DNA of 64,000 nt from an uncultured Gemmatimonadales bacterium. Its GTDB lineage: Bacteria > Gemmatimonadota > Gemmatimonadetes > Gemmatimonadales > GWC2-71-9. The stretch covers positions 992,001 through 1,056,000 of the forward strand of contig CAVSLV010000001.1 of NCBI GenBank assembly GCA_963728915.1. The letters run 5' to 3'. A program made the translations under genes and the position numbers. Shown here one piece after another: positions 30,057 to 42,936 of the stretch. Position 1 is the first letter of the stretch. Every line of letters begins with the position of its first letter. A model generated the notes under the pieces. It searched no databases, was not told where the DNA came from, and was given only the letters and a program-made list of their open reading frames with translations.

Positions 30057-31474
30057 AGCTGTCCGCATGGCTGATTCCCCTGGTGTCGCTCTTCCTGGCG
30101 GTCCAGCCCGCCTGCGGCCAGGAACCCGGATCCGCGGCTCCTCCGGCGGCCCCGGCGCAACGCCGATCGGAGTCGGCGGCACTGACCGGCTCGCGTCGAA
30201 CGGCCATGGTGGACGCGGCCAACCGGGTGGCCGGGTCCGTGGTATCCATCAACGTGACCTCCCGGCAGCGCGTGACCGAGCGGGATCCCTGGGATTTTTT
30301 CTTCATTCCCCGCACCACCGAGCGGGTCGTCCAGTCCACCGGCACCGGCTTCGTGATCAAGCCCGACGGAGTGATAATCACCAATCAACACGTCGTCGCC
30401 GGGGCCGAGACCATCGCGGTCACGCTGTCGGATGGAACCGATCTCACCGGGAGCCTGGTGGGCGAGGATCCCATCACCGATATCGCCGTCGTGCGGGTGC
30501 CTCGAAAGAATCTGCCGGTGGCCCCGGTGGGAACCAGCAGCGACCTGATGATCGGAGAGTGGGTCGTCGCGCTGGGCGACCCCTATGCCTATCTCCTGGG
30601 GAATACCGAGCCGACCGTCACCGCCGGCGTGGTGAGCGGCGTGCACCGCAACATCCTTCCCAATCAGGACCAGCCGGGCCTGTATCTCGACATGATCCAG
30701 ACCGACGCCGCGATCAATCCGGGGAATTCCGGAGGACCGCTCGCCAACGCGCTCGGTGAAGTCGTCGGCGTCAATTCTTCCATCTTCACGGGCGGTGGAG
30801 GCTCGATCGGATCGATCGGCCTGGGTTTCGCCATTCCGATCGAACGCGCCATCCGGGTGGCCGATGAAATCCTGTCCAGCGGGAGAATGCGGCGAGCCTG
30901 GACCGGGCTGGAAGTGGGTGGCCAGGGCGCCATGCAGGACTGGAAGCGGCAGGGAGGAGTCACCATCACCCGCGTGGCTCCCGGCGGCCCCGCCGCGAAG
31001 GGAGGGCTGGCTCTGGGCGACGTCCTCCTCGAGGCCAATGGGCGCCGTCTGAGGAACTACCTGGACTGGGAGGCAGTCAAACTGGACCTGCATGTCGGGG
31101 ACCGGGTCACCCTGAAAGCCAAGCGGGGCCCGACCGAGAGCAGCCGCACTCTGACCGCCGGCGACCTGCCGACCAGCACGGCCACCAAGGTGACCGTGTT
31201 GCGTGGACTCGAGCTGGTCTCGGTCACGTCCGCCATCAAGGCGGAGCGCGGAATCAACTCTGAGCGTGGAGCGCTGGTGGTCCGGATCAGCGACGAGGTG
31301 CGCAACGGCACCGGACTGGACGAGGGTGATGTGATCCTCGCGATCAACCGGACTCTGGTCACCTCCGCGCAACAGGTGGGCGACCTGATCGAGGCTTCGC
31401 GCAACAACCAGGCGTTCCGGATCTACTTCGAGCGGGGCGGATCGAACATGTTCACCGATCTCATCTTCCGGTGA
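30044..31474 (+). CDS. DegP/HtrA-family serine protease with two PDZ domains
   Basis: Signal peptide; TNQHVV, DIAV, IQTDAAINPGNSGG. Confidence 0.93.
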   Translation: MLRLKLSAWLIPLVSLFLAVQPACGQEPGSAAPPAAPAQRRSESAALTGSRRTAMVDAANRVAGSVVSINVTSRQRVTERDPWDFFFIPRTTERVVQSTGTGFVIKPDGVIITNQHVVAGAETIAVTLSDGTDLTGSLVGEDPITDIAVVRVPRKNLPVAPVGTSSDLMIGEWVVALGDPYAYLLGNTEPTVTAGVVSGVHRNILPNQDQPGLYLDMIQTDAAINPGNSGGPLANALGEVVGVNSSIFTGGGGSIGSIGLGFAIPIERAIRVADEILSSGRMRRAWTGLEVGGQGAMQDWKRQGGVTITRVAPGGPAAKGGLALGDVLLEANGRRLRNYLDWEAVKLDLHVGDRVTLKAKRGPTESSRTLTAGDLPTSTATKVTVLRGLELVSVTSAIKAERGINSERGALVVRISDEVRNGTGLDEGDVILAINRTLVTSAQQVGDLIEASRNNQAFRIYFERGGSNMFTDLIFR

Positions 31475-32910
31475 GCGAGCTTCGGTACCAGTCTCCGCTG
31501 GGATCCCGGTATGCGTCGCCGGCGATGCAGATCCTCTGGGGAGAAACCCATCGAGCTTCCCTCTGGCGGAAGCTCTGGCTCGCCCTCATGGAGTCCCAGC
31601 GCGAGCTGGGGCTGGCGATCCCCGATCAGGCCATCGCCGAGCTTCGGCGACACCTCGAGGATCCCGATCTGGCCGCGGTAGCGCAGTATGAGCGACGGTT
31701 TCGCCACGACGTCATGGCGCACATCCACGCCCTCGGGGACCAGGCCCCCGCGGCCCGGCCGTTCCTCCATCTCGGGGCGACGAGTGCGTACGTCACGGAC
31801 AACGCCGACCTTCTGGTGATCCGGGAATCGCTCCAGCTCATTCTGGGGCGATTGCTGGCCTTGCTCCGCACGCTGGCCACCTTCGCGGCGCGCCACGCGT
31901 CGCTGCCTTGTCTGGCCTATACCCACTTCCAGCCGGCCCAGCTGACCACCGTCGGGAAGCGCGCGGTGCTCTGGGCCCAGGATTTCGGGCTGGATATCGA
32001 GGAGCTATCCCATCGGATCAGCTCGCTTCGATTTCTGGGCTGCAAGGGAACCACCGGGACCCAGGCCTCTTTTCTCGAGCTGTTTGGGGGAGAGCACGCC
32101 AAGGTGGTCCAGCTCGACAGGCTGGTGGCGGCCCGCCTCGGATTCGACCGGGTCTTTCCGGTTTCCGGCCAGACGTATCCTCGCAAGACGGACAGTACGG
32201 TGGTGGATGTACTCTCCGGCATCGCCCAGTCCGCCGCGAAGATGTCGGGGGATCTCCGGTTGCTGCAGCATGAAGGAGAGCTTCTCGAGCCGTTCGAATC
32301 GGAGCAGATCGGCTCGAGCGCAATGGCCTACAAGCGAAACCCGATGCGGTCGGAGCGGATCGGCGGGCTCGCACGATTCCTGATCTCTCTGCAGCAGAAT
32401 CCGGCGCAGACCGCGGCGAGCCAGTGGCTCGAGCGGACCCTGGATGACAGCGCGAACCGGCGACTGGTGCTTCCGGAAGCGTTTCTGTCCGCGGACGCGA
32501 TTCTCATCCTCGCCACCAACGTGATCGCCGGGCTCGAGGTTCGCGACGCCGTCATCGCGCGGAACGTCGCGACCCAGATGCCCTTCATGGCGACGGAGCG
32601 CTGGCTGATGCTCGGCGTGGCTGCCGGGGGCGACCGCCAGACCCTGCACGAGGTCATCCGGCGCCTCAGCCTGGAAACCGCCGAGGCCGTCAGTGCCGGG
32701 AAGCCGAACGACCTGCTGGCCCGGCTTTCCGCCGATCCGGGGTTCAAGGCCGTCCCCACCCGCCAACTGGCCGCCGAGCTGGACCCGGTCCGATACACCG
32801 GCCGGTCGGCGGCACAAGTCGAAGAGTTCCTCCGCGAGGATCTCGAGCCACTGCTGACTCGAGTTGCCCCTCTGGCCGCCACCGCCCCCACCGAAGAGGT
32901 GCGCGTGTGA
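31471..32910 (+). CDS. purB: Adenylosuccinate lyase
   Basis: [25 protein letters not shown]. Confidence 0.96.
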   Translation: MSELRYQSPLGSRYASPAMQILWGETHRASLWRKLWLALMESQRELGLAIPDQAIAELRRHLEDPDLAAVAQYERRFRHDVMAHIHALGDQAPAARPFLHLGATSAYVTDNADLLVIRESLQLILGRLLALLRTLATFAARHASLPCLAYTHFQPAQLTTVGKRAVLWAQDFGLDIEELSHRISSLRFLGCKGTTGTQASFLELFGGEHAKVVQLDRLVAARLGFDRVFPVSGQTYPRKTDSTVVDVLSGIAQSAAKMSGDLRLLQHEGELLEPFESEQIGSSAMAYKRNPMRSERIGGLARFLISLQQNPAQTAASQWLERTLDDSANRRLVLPEAFLSADAILILATNVIAGLEVRDAVIARNVATQMPFMATERWLMLGVAAGGDRQTLHEVIRRLSLETAEAVSAGKPNDLLARLSADPGFKAVPTRQLAAELDPVRYTGRSAAQVEEFLREDLEPLLTRVAPLAATAPTEEVRV

Positions 32911-33830
32911 CCCACGTCATCAGTCAAAGCAAGCTTCCCCTGCCAGTGCTTCGTCGCGGCAAGGTCCGCGAGGTGTACGAGGTCGACGATGCCCGATTGC
33001 TGCTCGTTGCGAGCGACCGGGTCAGCGCCTTCGATGTCGTCATGAACGAGGCGGTCCCCTGGAAAGGCGCCGTGCTCACCCAGCTCAGCGCCTTCTGGTT
33101 CCGGAAGTTTGGTTCGCTCGGGCCCAATCATTTCCTGAGCGCCGACCCAGACGAGATCGCGCGCGAGCTGCCGGCCCTGGATCGGCATCGCGACAGTTTC
33201 GCCGGCCGGGCCATGCTGGTCCGACGAACCGAGCCGGTGCCGTTCGAATGCGTGGTTCGCGGCTACATCACCGGGTCGGCATGGAAGGAATACAAGGCGT
33301 CGGGGACCCTCGCCGGCGAGGACTTGCCGGTCGGCATGGTCGAGAGCGATCGGTTTCCTCAGCCGATGTTCTCGCCCGCCACGAAAGCCGAGACCGGCCA
33401 CGACCAGAATGTCACCGAAAGCACCCTCCGGGCTGCGCTCGGGGACGAGCGGGCCCGGGCGTTACGCGATCGGAGCCTCGCCCTCTACAGCGCCGGCGAA
33501 CGGCACGCCGAATCCTGCGGCATCATTGTGGCCGACACCAAGTTCGAGTTCGGCGTCGGCCCGGACCAGTCGCTCGTGCTCATCGATGAGGTCCTCACCC
33601 CGGATTCCTCCCGCTTCTGGCCCAAGGATCGCTACCTGCCGGGGCGAACCCAGCCGAGCTTCGACAAACAGCCGCTGCGGGACTATCTCGACGGACTTCG
33701 TCGGGAAGGCCGCTGGAACGGGGAAGCCCCGCCTCCCCCTCTCCCGGCGGAAGTCGTGGCGGCCACCAGCGCTCGCTATCTCGAGGCGTACCGTCGGCTC
33801 GCGGGGGCCGGGTTGCCGGGAGCGTCGTGA
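32907..33830 (+). CDS. purC: SAICAR synthase
   Basis: [42 protein letters not shown]. Confidence 0.97.
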   Translation: MTHVISQSKLPLPVLRRGKVREVYEVDDARLLLVASDRVSAFDVVMNEAVPWKGAVLTQLSAFWFRKFGSLGPNHFLSADPDEIARELPALDRHRDSFAGRAMLVRRTEPVPFECVVRGYITGSAWKEYKASGTLAGEDLPVGMVESDRFPQPMFSPATKAETGHDQNVTESTLRAALGDERARALRDRSLALYSAGERHAESCGIIVADTKFEFGVGPDQSLVLIDEVLTPDSSRFWPKDRYLPGRTQPSFDKQPLRDYLDGLRREGRWNGEAPPPPLPAEVVAATSARYLEAYRRLAGAGLPGAS

Positions 33831-34459
33831 TCCGGATCGCCCCGGAAGGCCGCCTGTTCATCCTGGCGGCCTGGCTCATTCTGGTGGTCCTGGCGCTGCT
33901 GCATTGGTGGATCGCCGCCCTCTGGCTGCCCATCGCGGTCTGGACCGTGGTTTTCTTTCGTGATCCGGTGCGGGACGGCCCCCGGGGCGATGACCTGATC
34001 ATCGCTCCGGCCGACGGGCTGGTGGTCAGCGTGATTCCGGTGGACGAGCCGGCGTTCCTCAAGCAGGCTGCGACCCGGGTTTCCATTTTCATGAACGTGG
34101 TCAACGTGCACGTCAACCGGTATCCTGCCAGCGGACGGCTGCGCTATCGGCAGTATTCGAAAGGCGCGTTCGGCCATGCCATGGCGGAGAAAGCCTCGAC
34201 CAGCAATGAACAGAGCTCGGTCGGCATTGAAACGTCCCGCGGCCGCCTCCTGGTCCGCCAGATCGCCGGGTCGATCGCCCGCCGCATCGTCACCGACGAC
34301 ATCGAGGGCGCCGAGGTGCGCCAGGGAGACCGCATGGGGATGATTCGTTTCGGATCCCGGGTCGATCTCTTCGCGCCGGTCTCGGTTGAGGTGCTCGTGA
34401 AGGAAGGCGACCGGACCAAAGCGGGCCTGACCGTGCTGGCGCGGTGGGCAAAGGCATGA
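33827..34459 (+). CDS. psd: Phosphatidylserine decarboxylase proenzyme
   Basis: FFRDP, APADG, VHVNRYP, RFGSRVD autocleavage motif. Confidence 0.94.
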   Translation: MIRIAPEGRLFILAAWLILVVLALLHWWIAALWLPIAVWTVVFFRDPVRDGPRGDDLIIAPADGLVVSVIPVDEPAFLKQAATRVSIFMNVVNVHVNRYPASGRLRYRQYSKGAFGHAMAEKASTSNEQSSVGIETSRGRLLVRQIAGSIARRIVTDDIEGAEVRQGDRMGMIRFGSRVDLFAPVSVEVLVKEGDRTKAGLTVLARWAKA

Positions 34460-35217
34460 CGGAACCGTCGTCGCGCGAGGGACTCAAGCGGGTCGTGGTG
34501 GTCATTCCCAGCGCCTTTACCCTGGGCAACCTGTTCTTCGGGTTCTGGTCGATCATCTCCGCGTTCAACGGGAATTTCCGCCAGGCCGGCTGGTTCATCC
34601 TGTATGCCGCCATGCTCGATTCGCTGGACGGGCGGGTGGCCCGGCGTATGGGCACGGGGAGCCGGTTCGGAGCGGAGCTGGATTCCCTGGTCGACGTGGT
34701 CTCGTTCGGAGTCGCGCCCGCCTTGCTGATCTACCTGCTGGAATTCTCCACCGCGGGACGGTTCGGCTGGGTTGTCTGCTTCATCTTCGTGGTAACCGCG
34801 GCGCTCCGGCTTGCCCGGTTCAACGTGCTGGCTCACGGCAAGCCACACTCCACCTGGTTCCTGGGGCTCCCGGTTCCCGCGGCGGGAACCACGCTCGCGC
34901 TCTTTTATGCCTTCAGTCAGACCGAGGCGTATCGGCGATCACTGGCCTATCTCGACCTCTCACACCAGGGCCTGGTCTTCCTGCTCCTGCTGCTCTCCGC
35001 CCTCATGGTGAGCCGGGTCGAATACCCCAGAGGCTGGCCGGCCCACACTCGATCCCTGGGCGGGATTCTCGGCCTGGTGCTGGTGCTCGGTATCATTGCC
35101 GCGATGCTGATCCGGCCGACCGTGTTCGGATTCCCCATCGTGCTCGGGTATGTCACCTTCGGGGTGCTTCGCCACGGATACCTGCTGTTCCGTGAGCGCG
35201 GGGAGGAGGGCGAATGA
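34456..35217 (+). CDS. pssA: CDP-diacylglycerol--serine O-phosphatidyltransferase
   Basis: DSLDGRVAR...FGAELDSLVDVVSFGVAP, LRLARFN; adjacent to psd. Confidence 0.93.
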   Translation: MTEPSSREGLKRVVVVIPSAFTLGNLFFGFWSIISAFNGNFRQAGWFILYAAMLDSLDGRVARRMGTGSRFGAELDSLVDVVSFGVAPALLIYLLEFSTAGRFGWVVCFIFVVTAALRLARFNVLAHGKPHSTWFLGLPVPAAGTTLALFYAFSQTEAYRRSLAYLDLSHQGLVFLLLLLSALMVSRVEYPRGWPAHTRSLGGILGLVLVLGIIAAMLIRPTVFGFPIVLGYVTFGVLRHGYLLFRERGEEGE

Positions 35218-35468
35218 CCTGGCGGGTTCATGTGCGCATCCTTCCCCGCGCCGGCCTCCGCGACCCGCAGGGACAGGCCATCGAGCATGCCCTCGGCGCG
35301 CTGCAATTCGCCGAGGCGTCCAACGTGCACGTGGGCAAGGCGATCTCCCTCGATGTGACCGCCGAGAGCCGGGAGGACGCCATCCGCCGGGTCCGCGAGA
35401 TGTGCGACCGGTTGCTGGCGAATCCGGTCACCGAGGACTACCAGATCGAGGCGGAGGCCTCGACCTGA
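35214..35468 (+). CDS. purS: FGAM synthase subunit PurS
   Basis: DPQG, VGK, MCDRLLANPVTEDY. Confidence 0.95.
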   Translation: MTWRVHVRILPRAGLRDPQGQAIEHALGALQFAEASNVHVGKAISLDVTAESREDAIRRVREMCDRLLANPVTEDYQIEAEAST

Positions 35469-36172
35469 TGCGGGTCGCGGTGATCCGGTTTCCCGGGAGC
35501 AACTGCGAGGTGGAGACCTGCCGCGCCATCATTCGGGCCGGCGGGGACGCCGTCCTCCTGTCCTACCGGACCAGCGAGCTGTCCGGAATCGAGGCGGTGA
35601 TTCTGCCAGGCGGGTTCAGCTACGGCGACTACCTTCGCAGTGGCGCGATCGCCCGGTTCAGCCCGGTGATGCTCCCGATTCGCGACCTCGCCGATCGGGG
35701 GGCGCCGGTGCTGGGGATCTGCAATGGGTTTCAAATCCTCTGTGAAGCCGGCCTGCTTCCCGGCGCGCTGGTACGAAACGCCTCTCTGCGATACCTCTCC
35801 CGGCCGGTGACGGTCCGGGTCGACCGAAACGATACGCCCTTCACCAACGACTACCGTGAGGGAGAGTTGCTCACCGTCCCGATCGGCCATGGAGACGGCC
35901 GATTCGTCGCCGCCGACTCCGAGCTCGACGACCTCCAGGCCCGCCGACAGGTGGTACTCCGTTACGCTGGGACCGATTTCCCCGATGCCCCCGCCAACCC
36001 CAACGGGTCGCTTCGGAACATCGCCGGGATCTGCAATGCGGCGGGAAACGTGGTCGGCATGATGCCCCACCCCGAGCGGCTCTTCGATCCAATCCAGGGA
36101 CCCGCCTCCGGCTCCCGGGTGTTCAGCTCGCTGGTGCATTCCCTGAGCCACGCGGTGTCCTCGGATCGCTGA
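35468..36172 (+). CDS. purQ: FGAM synthase glutaminase subunit PurQ
   Basis: FPGSNC, PGGFSYGDYLR, GICNGFQ, MMPHPER. Confidence 0.97.
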   Translation: MRVAVIRFPGSNCEVETCRAIIRAGGDAVLLSYRTSELSGIEAVILPGGFSYGDYLRSGAIARFSPVMLPIRDLADRGAPVLGICNGFQILCEAGLLPGALVRNASLRYLSRPVTVRVDRNDTPFTNDYREGELLTVPIGHGDGRFVAADSELDDLQARRQVVLRYAGTDFPDAPANPNGSLRNIAGICNAAGNVVGMMPHPERLFDPIQGPASGSRVFSSLVHSLSHAVSSDR

Positions 36173-36246
36173 CCCGGGAGGCGTGATCCGGTTATTTTTG
36201 ATGCTTGTTCAGATGCATCGACACGAACGGAGACTCCGGTACCAAG

Positions 36247-36570
36247 ATGTCCGATAAGCCAAGCCGAAACGAAGAAGAGTACTTCGCGCGGGAAGACGCC
36301 GAGCGGATTCAGAAGCTCCATGCGAAGCAGGTGGCCGCCGATGATGCCCGGGAGCGACGCTCTCATTTCATGAAATGCCCCAAGTGCGGCGCCGACCTTC
36401 ACACCGAAACCTTCCATGGAGTTCAGATCGATCGGTGCCCCGAATGTCACGGCGTCTGGCTGGATCACGGTGAGGTCGACCAGCTGATGAAGCATGAAGA
36501 CCCCGGCGTGCTTCGCCGCGTTTTCGGCGATGTGGCGGCCTCGGTCCGGAAGCTCCGGGCCACGCCGTGA
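36247..36570 (+). CDS. Small zinc-ribbon (zf-TFIIB-like) protein
   Basis: CPKC...[17 protein letters not shown]-terminal EEEYF charged helix; GGAG upstream of ATG 36247. Confidence 0.85.
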   Translation: MSDKPSRNEEEYFAREDAERIQKLHAKQVAADDARERRSHFMKCPKCGADLHTETFHGVQIDRCPECHGVWLDHGEVDQLMKHEDPGVLRRVFGDVAASVRKLRATP

Positions 36571-38893
36571 CCCCCACGGCCGTTCTCCCTGAGGCCGTCC
36601 CCTTCCCTGGCGAACGCGCGGTAACTCCGGACCTGATCCGCGAGCACAACCTCAACCGGCACGAATACGACGAAATCCTGGCGATGCTGGGCCGCACGCC
36701 GACGCTCACCGAGCTGGGCATTTTTTCGGCGCTCTGGTCCGAGCATTGTTCCTACAAACACACCAAGCCGGTGCTCCGGACCTTTCCGACCCATGGTCCC
36801 GCCGTCCTCCAGGGCCCGGGGAAAACGCCGGAGTGCTCCGCCTCCCGAACGGCTGGGCTGTCGCCTTCAAAATCGAGTCCCACAACCACCCCAGCGCGGT
36901 TGAGCCGTATCAGGGTGCGGCGACCGGAGTCGGCGGAATCCTGCGCGATGTCTTCACCATGGGAGCCCGTCCCGTCGCGGTGCTGAACTCTCTGCGCCTT
37001 GGACCGCTCGACGACGCCCGGAACCGCTATCTCTTCGGGGGGATCGTCAAGGGGGTGGGCGATTACGGAAACTGTGTCGGGGTGCCAACCCTGGGAGGCG
37101 AAGTGGCCTTCGCTCCGGGGTATTCCGGCAATCCCCTGGTGAACGCGATGTGCGTGGGCCTCCTCCGGGAGGAGGATCTCACGCGCGCCCGGGCTCAGGG
37201 TGTTGGCAATATCCTCCTCGCCATGGGCGCCAGCACCGGTCGAGACGGCATCCACGGGGCAAGCTTCGCTTCCGAGGAGCTTTCCACCAAGAGCGAGCAG
37301 CGCCGTCCCCAGGTCCAGGTCGGCGACCCCTTCACGGAAAAGCTCCTTCTCGAAGCCACCCTGGAGCTCATTGAGTCGGGCCTGGTCGTGGCGATCCAGG
37401 ACATGGGTGCCGCCGGACTCACCAGCTCCTCCGCGGAGATGGCGGCGCGAGGCGGCGTGGGCGTCGAGCTCGAGACCGATCGAGTGCCGCTCCGCGAGGC
37501 CGGCATGACTCCCTACGAGATCATGCTCTCGGAATCGCAGGAGCGCATGCTGGTGGTCGCCGAACCGGATCGCGTGGCCGACATCCAGGCGGTTTGCGCC
37601 AAATGGGACCTGCCGGCCATCCCGATCGGACGGGTTACCGACGATGGGGTCTTTCGGGTGGTGCACCACGGCCAGTGCGTGGCTGCCATCCCTGCCCAGC
37701 GCCTCGTGGATGGATGCCCGATCTATCACCCGGTCGCCCGGGAAGACCCCGCCATATCCGCGACCCGGCAGGCGGTACCGACCGAGTCGCCGCGGGCGGA
37801 TGCGCTGGGAGCGCTTCCTCTGCTGCTCGATGACCCGACCATCGCGAGCAAACGGTGGGTGTACGAGCAGTACGACTCGACCGTCCAGGGCGCCACGGTC
37901 ATCCAGCCCGGCGGGGATGCCGGCGTGTTCCTGGTGCCGGGAGAGACCTTCGGGGTGGCGGTGACCGTGGACGGCAACCAACGCTATGTCGCGCTGGATC
38001 CGTTCGAGGGGGGAAAGGCCGCGGTGGCAGAGGCGGCCCGAAACATCGCCTGCGCCGGCGCGATCCCCCTCGGGATTACCGATTGCCTCAACTTCGGCAA
38101 TCCCGAGAAGCCCGGAGTGTTTTACCAGTTTCGCGAGGCCTGCCGGGGGATCAGCGAAGCCTGCCGGGTTTTCGAGACCCCGGTCACCGGGGGCAACGTT
38201 TCCCTGTATAACGAGAGTCCGGGCGGCGCGATCGACCCCACCCCGGTCGTCGGGATGGTCGGGCTCCTCCCCGAGGTCCACCGCCGGGTCCCCAGCCATT
38301 TCCAGGAATCCGGCGATCTGATCGTGCTGCTCGGCCTAACCCGCGGCCACCTGGGAGGATCGAGCTATTGGGAGGTGGTCCGGACCTTCACCGGCGGTCC
38401 GCCTCCCCCGGTCGACCTGGCGGTGGAGCGGAACCTCCAGGGGTTCCTCGCGGCGGCGTCCCGGGAGAGGCTCCTCCACTCCGCCCACGACTGCTCGGAG
38501 GGCGGGCTCGCCGTGGCTCTCGCCGAGTGTTGTATCGGTCCTCCCTATGTGGAGCGACCCCTGGGCGCCTGGATCGAGCTGACCAGGGCCCGAGGAACCC
38601 CTGAAGCGATTCTCTACGGAGAAGACATGGGGCGCGTCATCCTGAGCTGCGGAGCGGATGACCTTCCCGCTCTCCGTCGCCTCGCCGGCGAATTCCGGGT
38701 TCCGGTCGAGGGAGCCGGCCGGGTGGGATACGCCGGAGGGCAGTTGGAGATCCGGCTCACCGGCGGCAGCCCCGCCTTCGCGTGGCCGGTCATCGAGCTT
38801 CGGAAGATCTATCTCGACGCGCTTCCCCGCAGGATGAACCGCGCCGAAGCGGACTCCCCGTCCGCCGATCCGCCTGCCCGCCGGTCCGCCTGA
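36567..38893 (+). CDS. purL: FGAM synthase subunit PurL, split by a 1-nt frameshift at about 36818-36825
   Basis: Frame 1 has WSEHCSYK...LQGPG; the -1 frame continues ENAGV...[38 protein letters not shown]. Confidence 0.92.
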
Positions 38894-38894
38894 C

Positions 38895-40264
38895 ATGTGC
38901 GGGATCATCGGCGTCTCGGCCATTCACGATGCGGCGCGGGTCGCCTATCTCGGACTCTATGCCCTTCAGCACCGCGGCCAGGAGAGCGCCGGCCTCGTCA
39001 CCGTGGACGGTGGCGGGACCTCCCACAGTCACCGCGGCATGGGACTGGTGAACGATGTCTTCCAGGAACGGGATTTCGGCGACCTGCCCGGCGACGTGGC
39101 GATCGGCCACACCCGGTACTCCACCACCGGAAGCTCGGTGCTGACCAACGCGCAGCCCTGCCTCGCCAACTATCGCTGCGGCCCGCTCGCCCTGGCCCAC
39201 AACGGCAATCTCACCAACGCGACCGAACTGAAACGCGAGCTGGTCGCACAGGGAGCGATCTTTCAATCCTCCTCGGATTCCGAAGTCATCGTTCACCTGA
39301 TCGCCCGGTCCAAAGCCGCTGATCCCGAGGCCCAGATCCGTGAAGCGCTGGAACGCCTCGAAGGGGCATTCAGCCTGGTCCTCGCCGTGGGCCGAACCCT
39401 CTACTGCGTCGTCGATCCTCGCGGGTTTCGCCCCCTGGTGCTTGGCCGGCTGGGCGACGGAATGATCGCCGCCTCGGAAACCTGCGCCTTGGATCTGGTC
39501 GGCGCGTCGGTGGTGCGCGAGCTCCGGCCCGGGGAGTTCGTTCGGATCAGCAATGGCGTGCTCAAGAACCTGGAACCCCTGCCGCCCAAGCCAGCCAGCC
39601 GATGCATCTTCGAGCTGGTCTATTTCGCTCGACCCGACAGCATCGTCTTCGGCGAGTCGGTCGACCGGGTGCGGCGTGAGCTGGGCCGGCAGCTCGCCAT
39701 CGAGCACCCTTCTCCCGGCGCCGAGCTGGTGATGAGCGTCCCGGATTCGAGCAATGCGATGGCGCTGGGCTACGCCGAGCAGAGCGGGGTCAAGCTCGAG
39801 CACGGATTGATTCGCAACCACTACGTGGGACGGACCTTCATCAACCCGACCCAGGCTCTCCGGGTCGCCAAGGTCAGAATCAAGTTCAACCCGGTGAAGG
39901 AGGTTCTCGCCGGACGATCCGTCGTGGTGGTCGATGACAGCCTGGTGCGCGGCACCACCAGCAAGGGCCTGGTGCAGATGATCCGGGCGGCCGGGGCGAG
40001 GGAGGTGCACCTTCGACTGGCGTCCCACCCGATCACCGGTCCGTGTTACTACGGCATCGATACGCCGACCCGGGAGGAGCTCATCGCGGCGACCCACTCC
40101 GTCGACGAAATCCGGGACTTTCTCGGGGTGGATTCCCTGGGCTACCTCTCCCTCGATGGCATGCACCGTGCTGCGGGCATGGGTAACAAGTTCTGTGATG
40201 CATGTTTCTCGGGCCGATACCCCACTCCGATGGGGAATGGCGCCACGAACGGCGGAGGACCGGA

Positions 40265-40268
<4 letters not shown>
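38895..40268 (+). CDS. purF: Amidophosphoribosyltransferase
   Basis: N-terminal MCG, QHRGQES, GHTRYST, VVVDDSLVRGTT, Fe-S cysteines. Confidence 0.97.
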
Positions 40269-42934
<2,666 letters not shown>

Positions 42935-42936
42935 AA

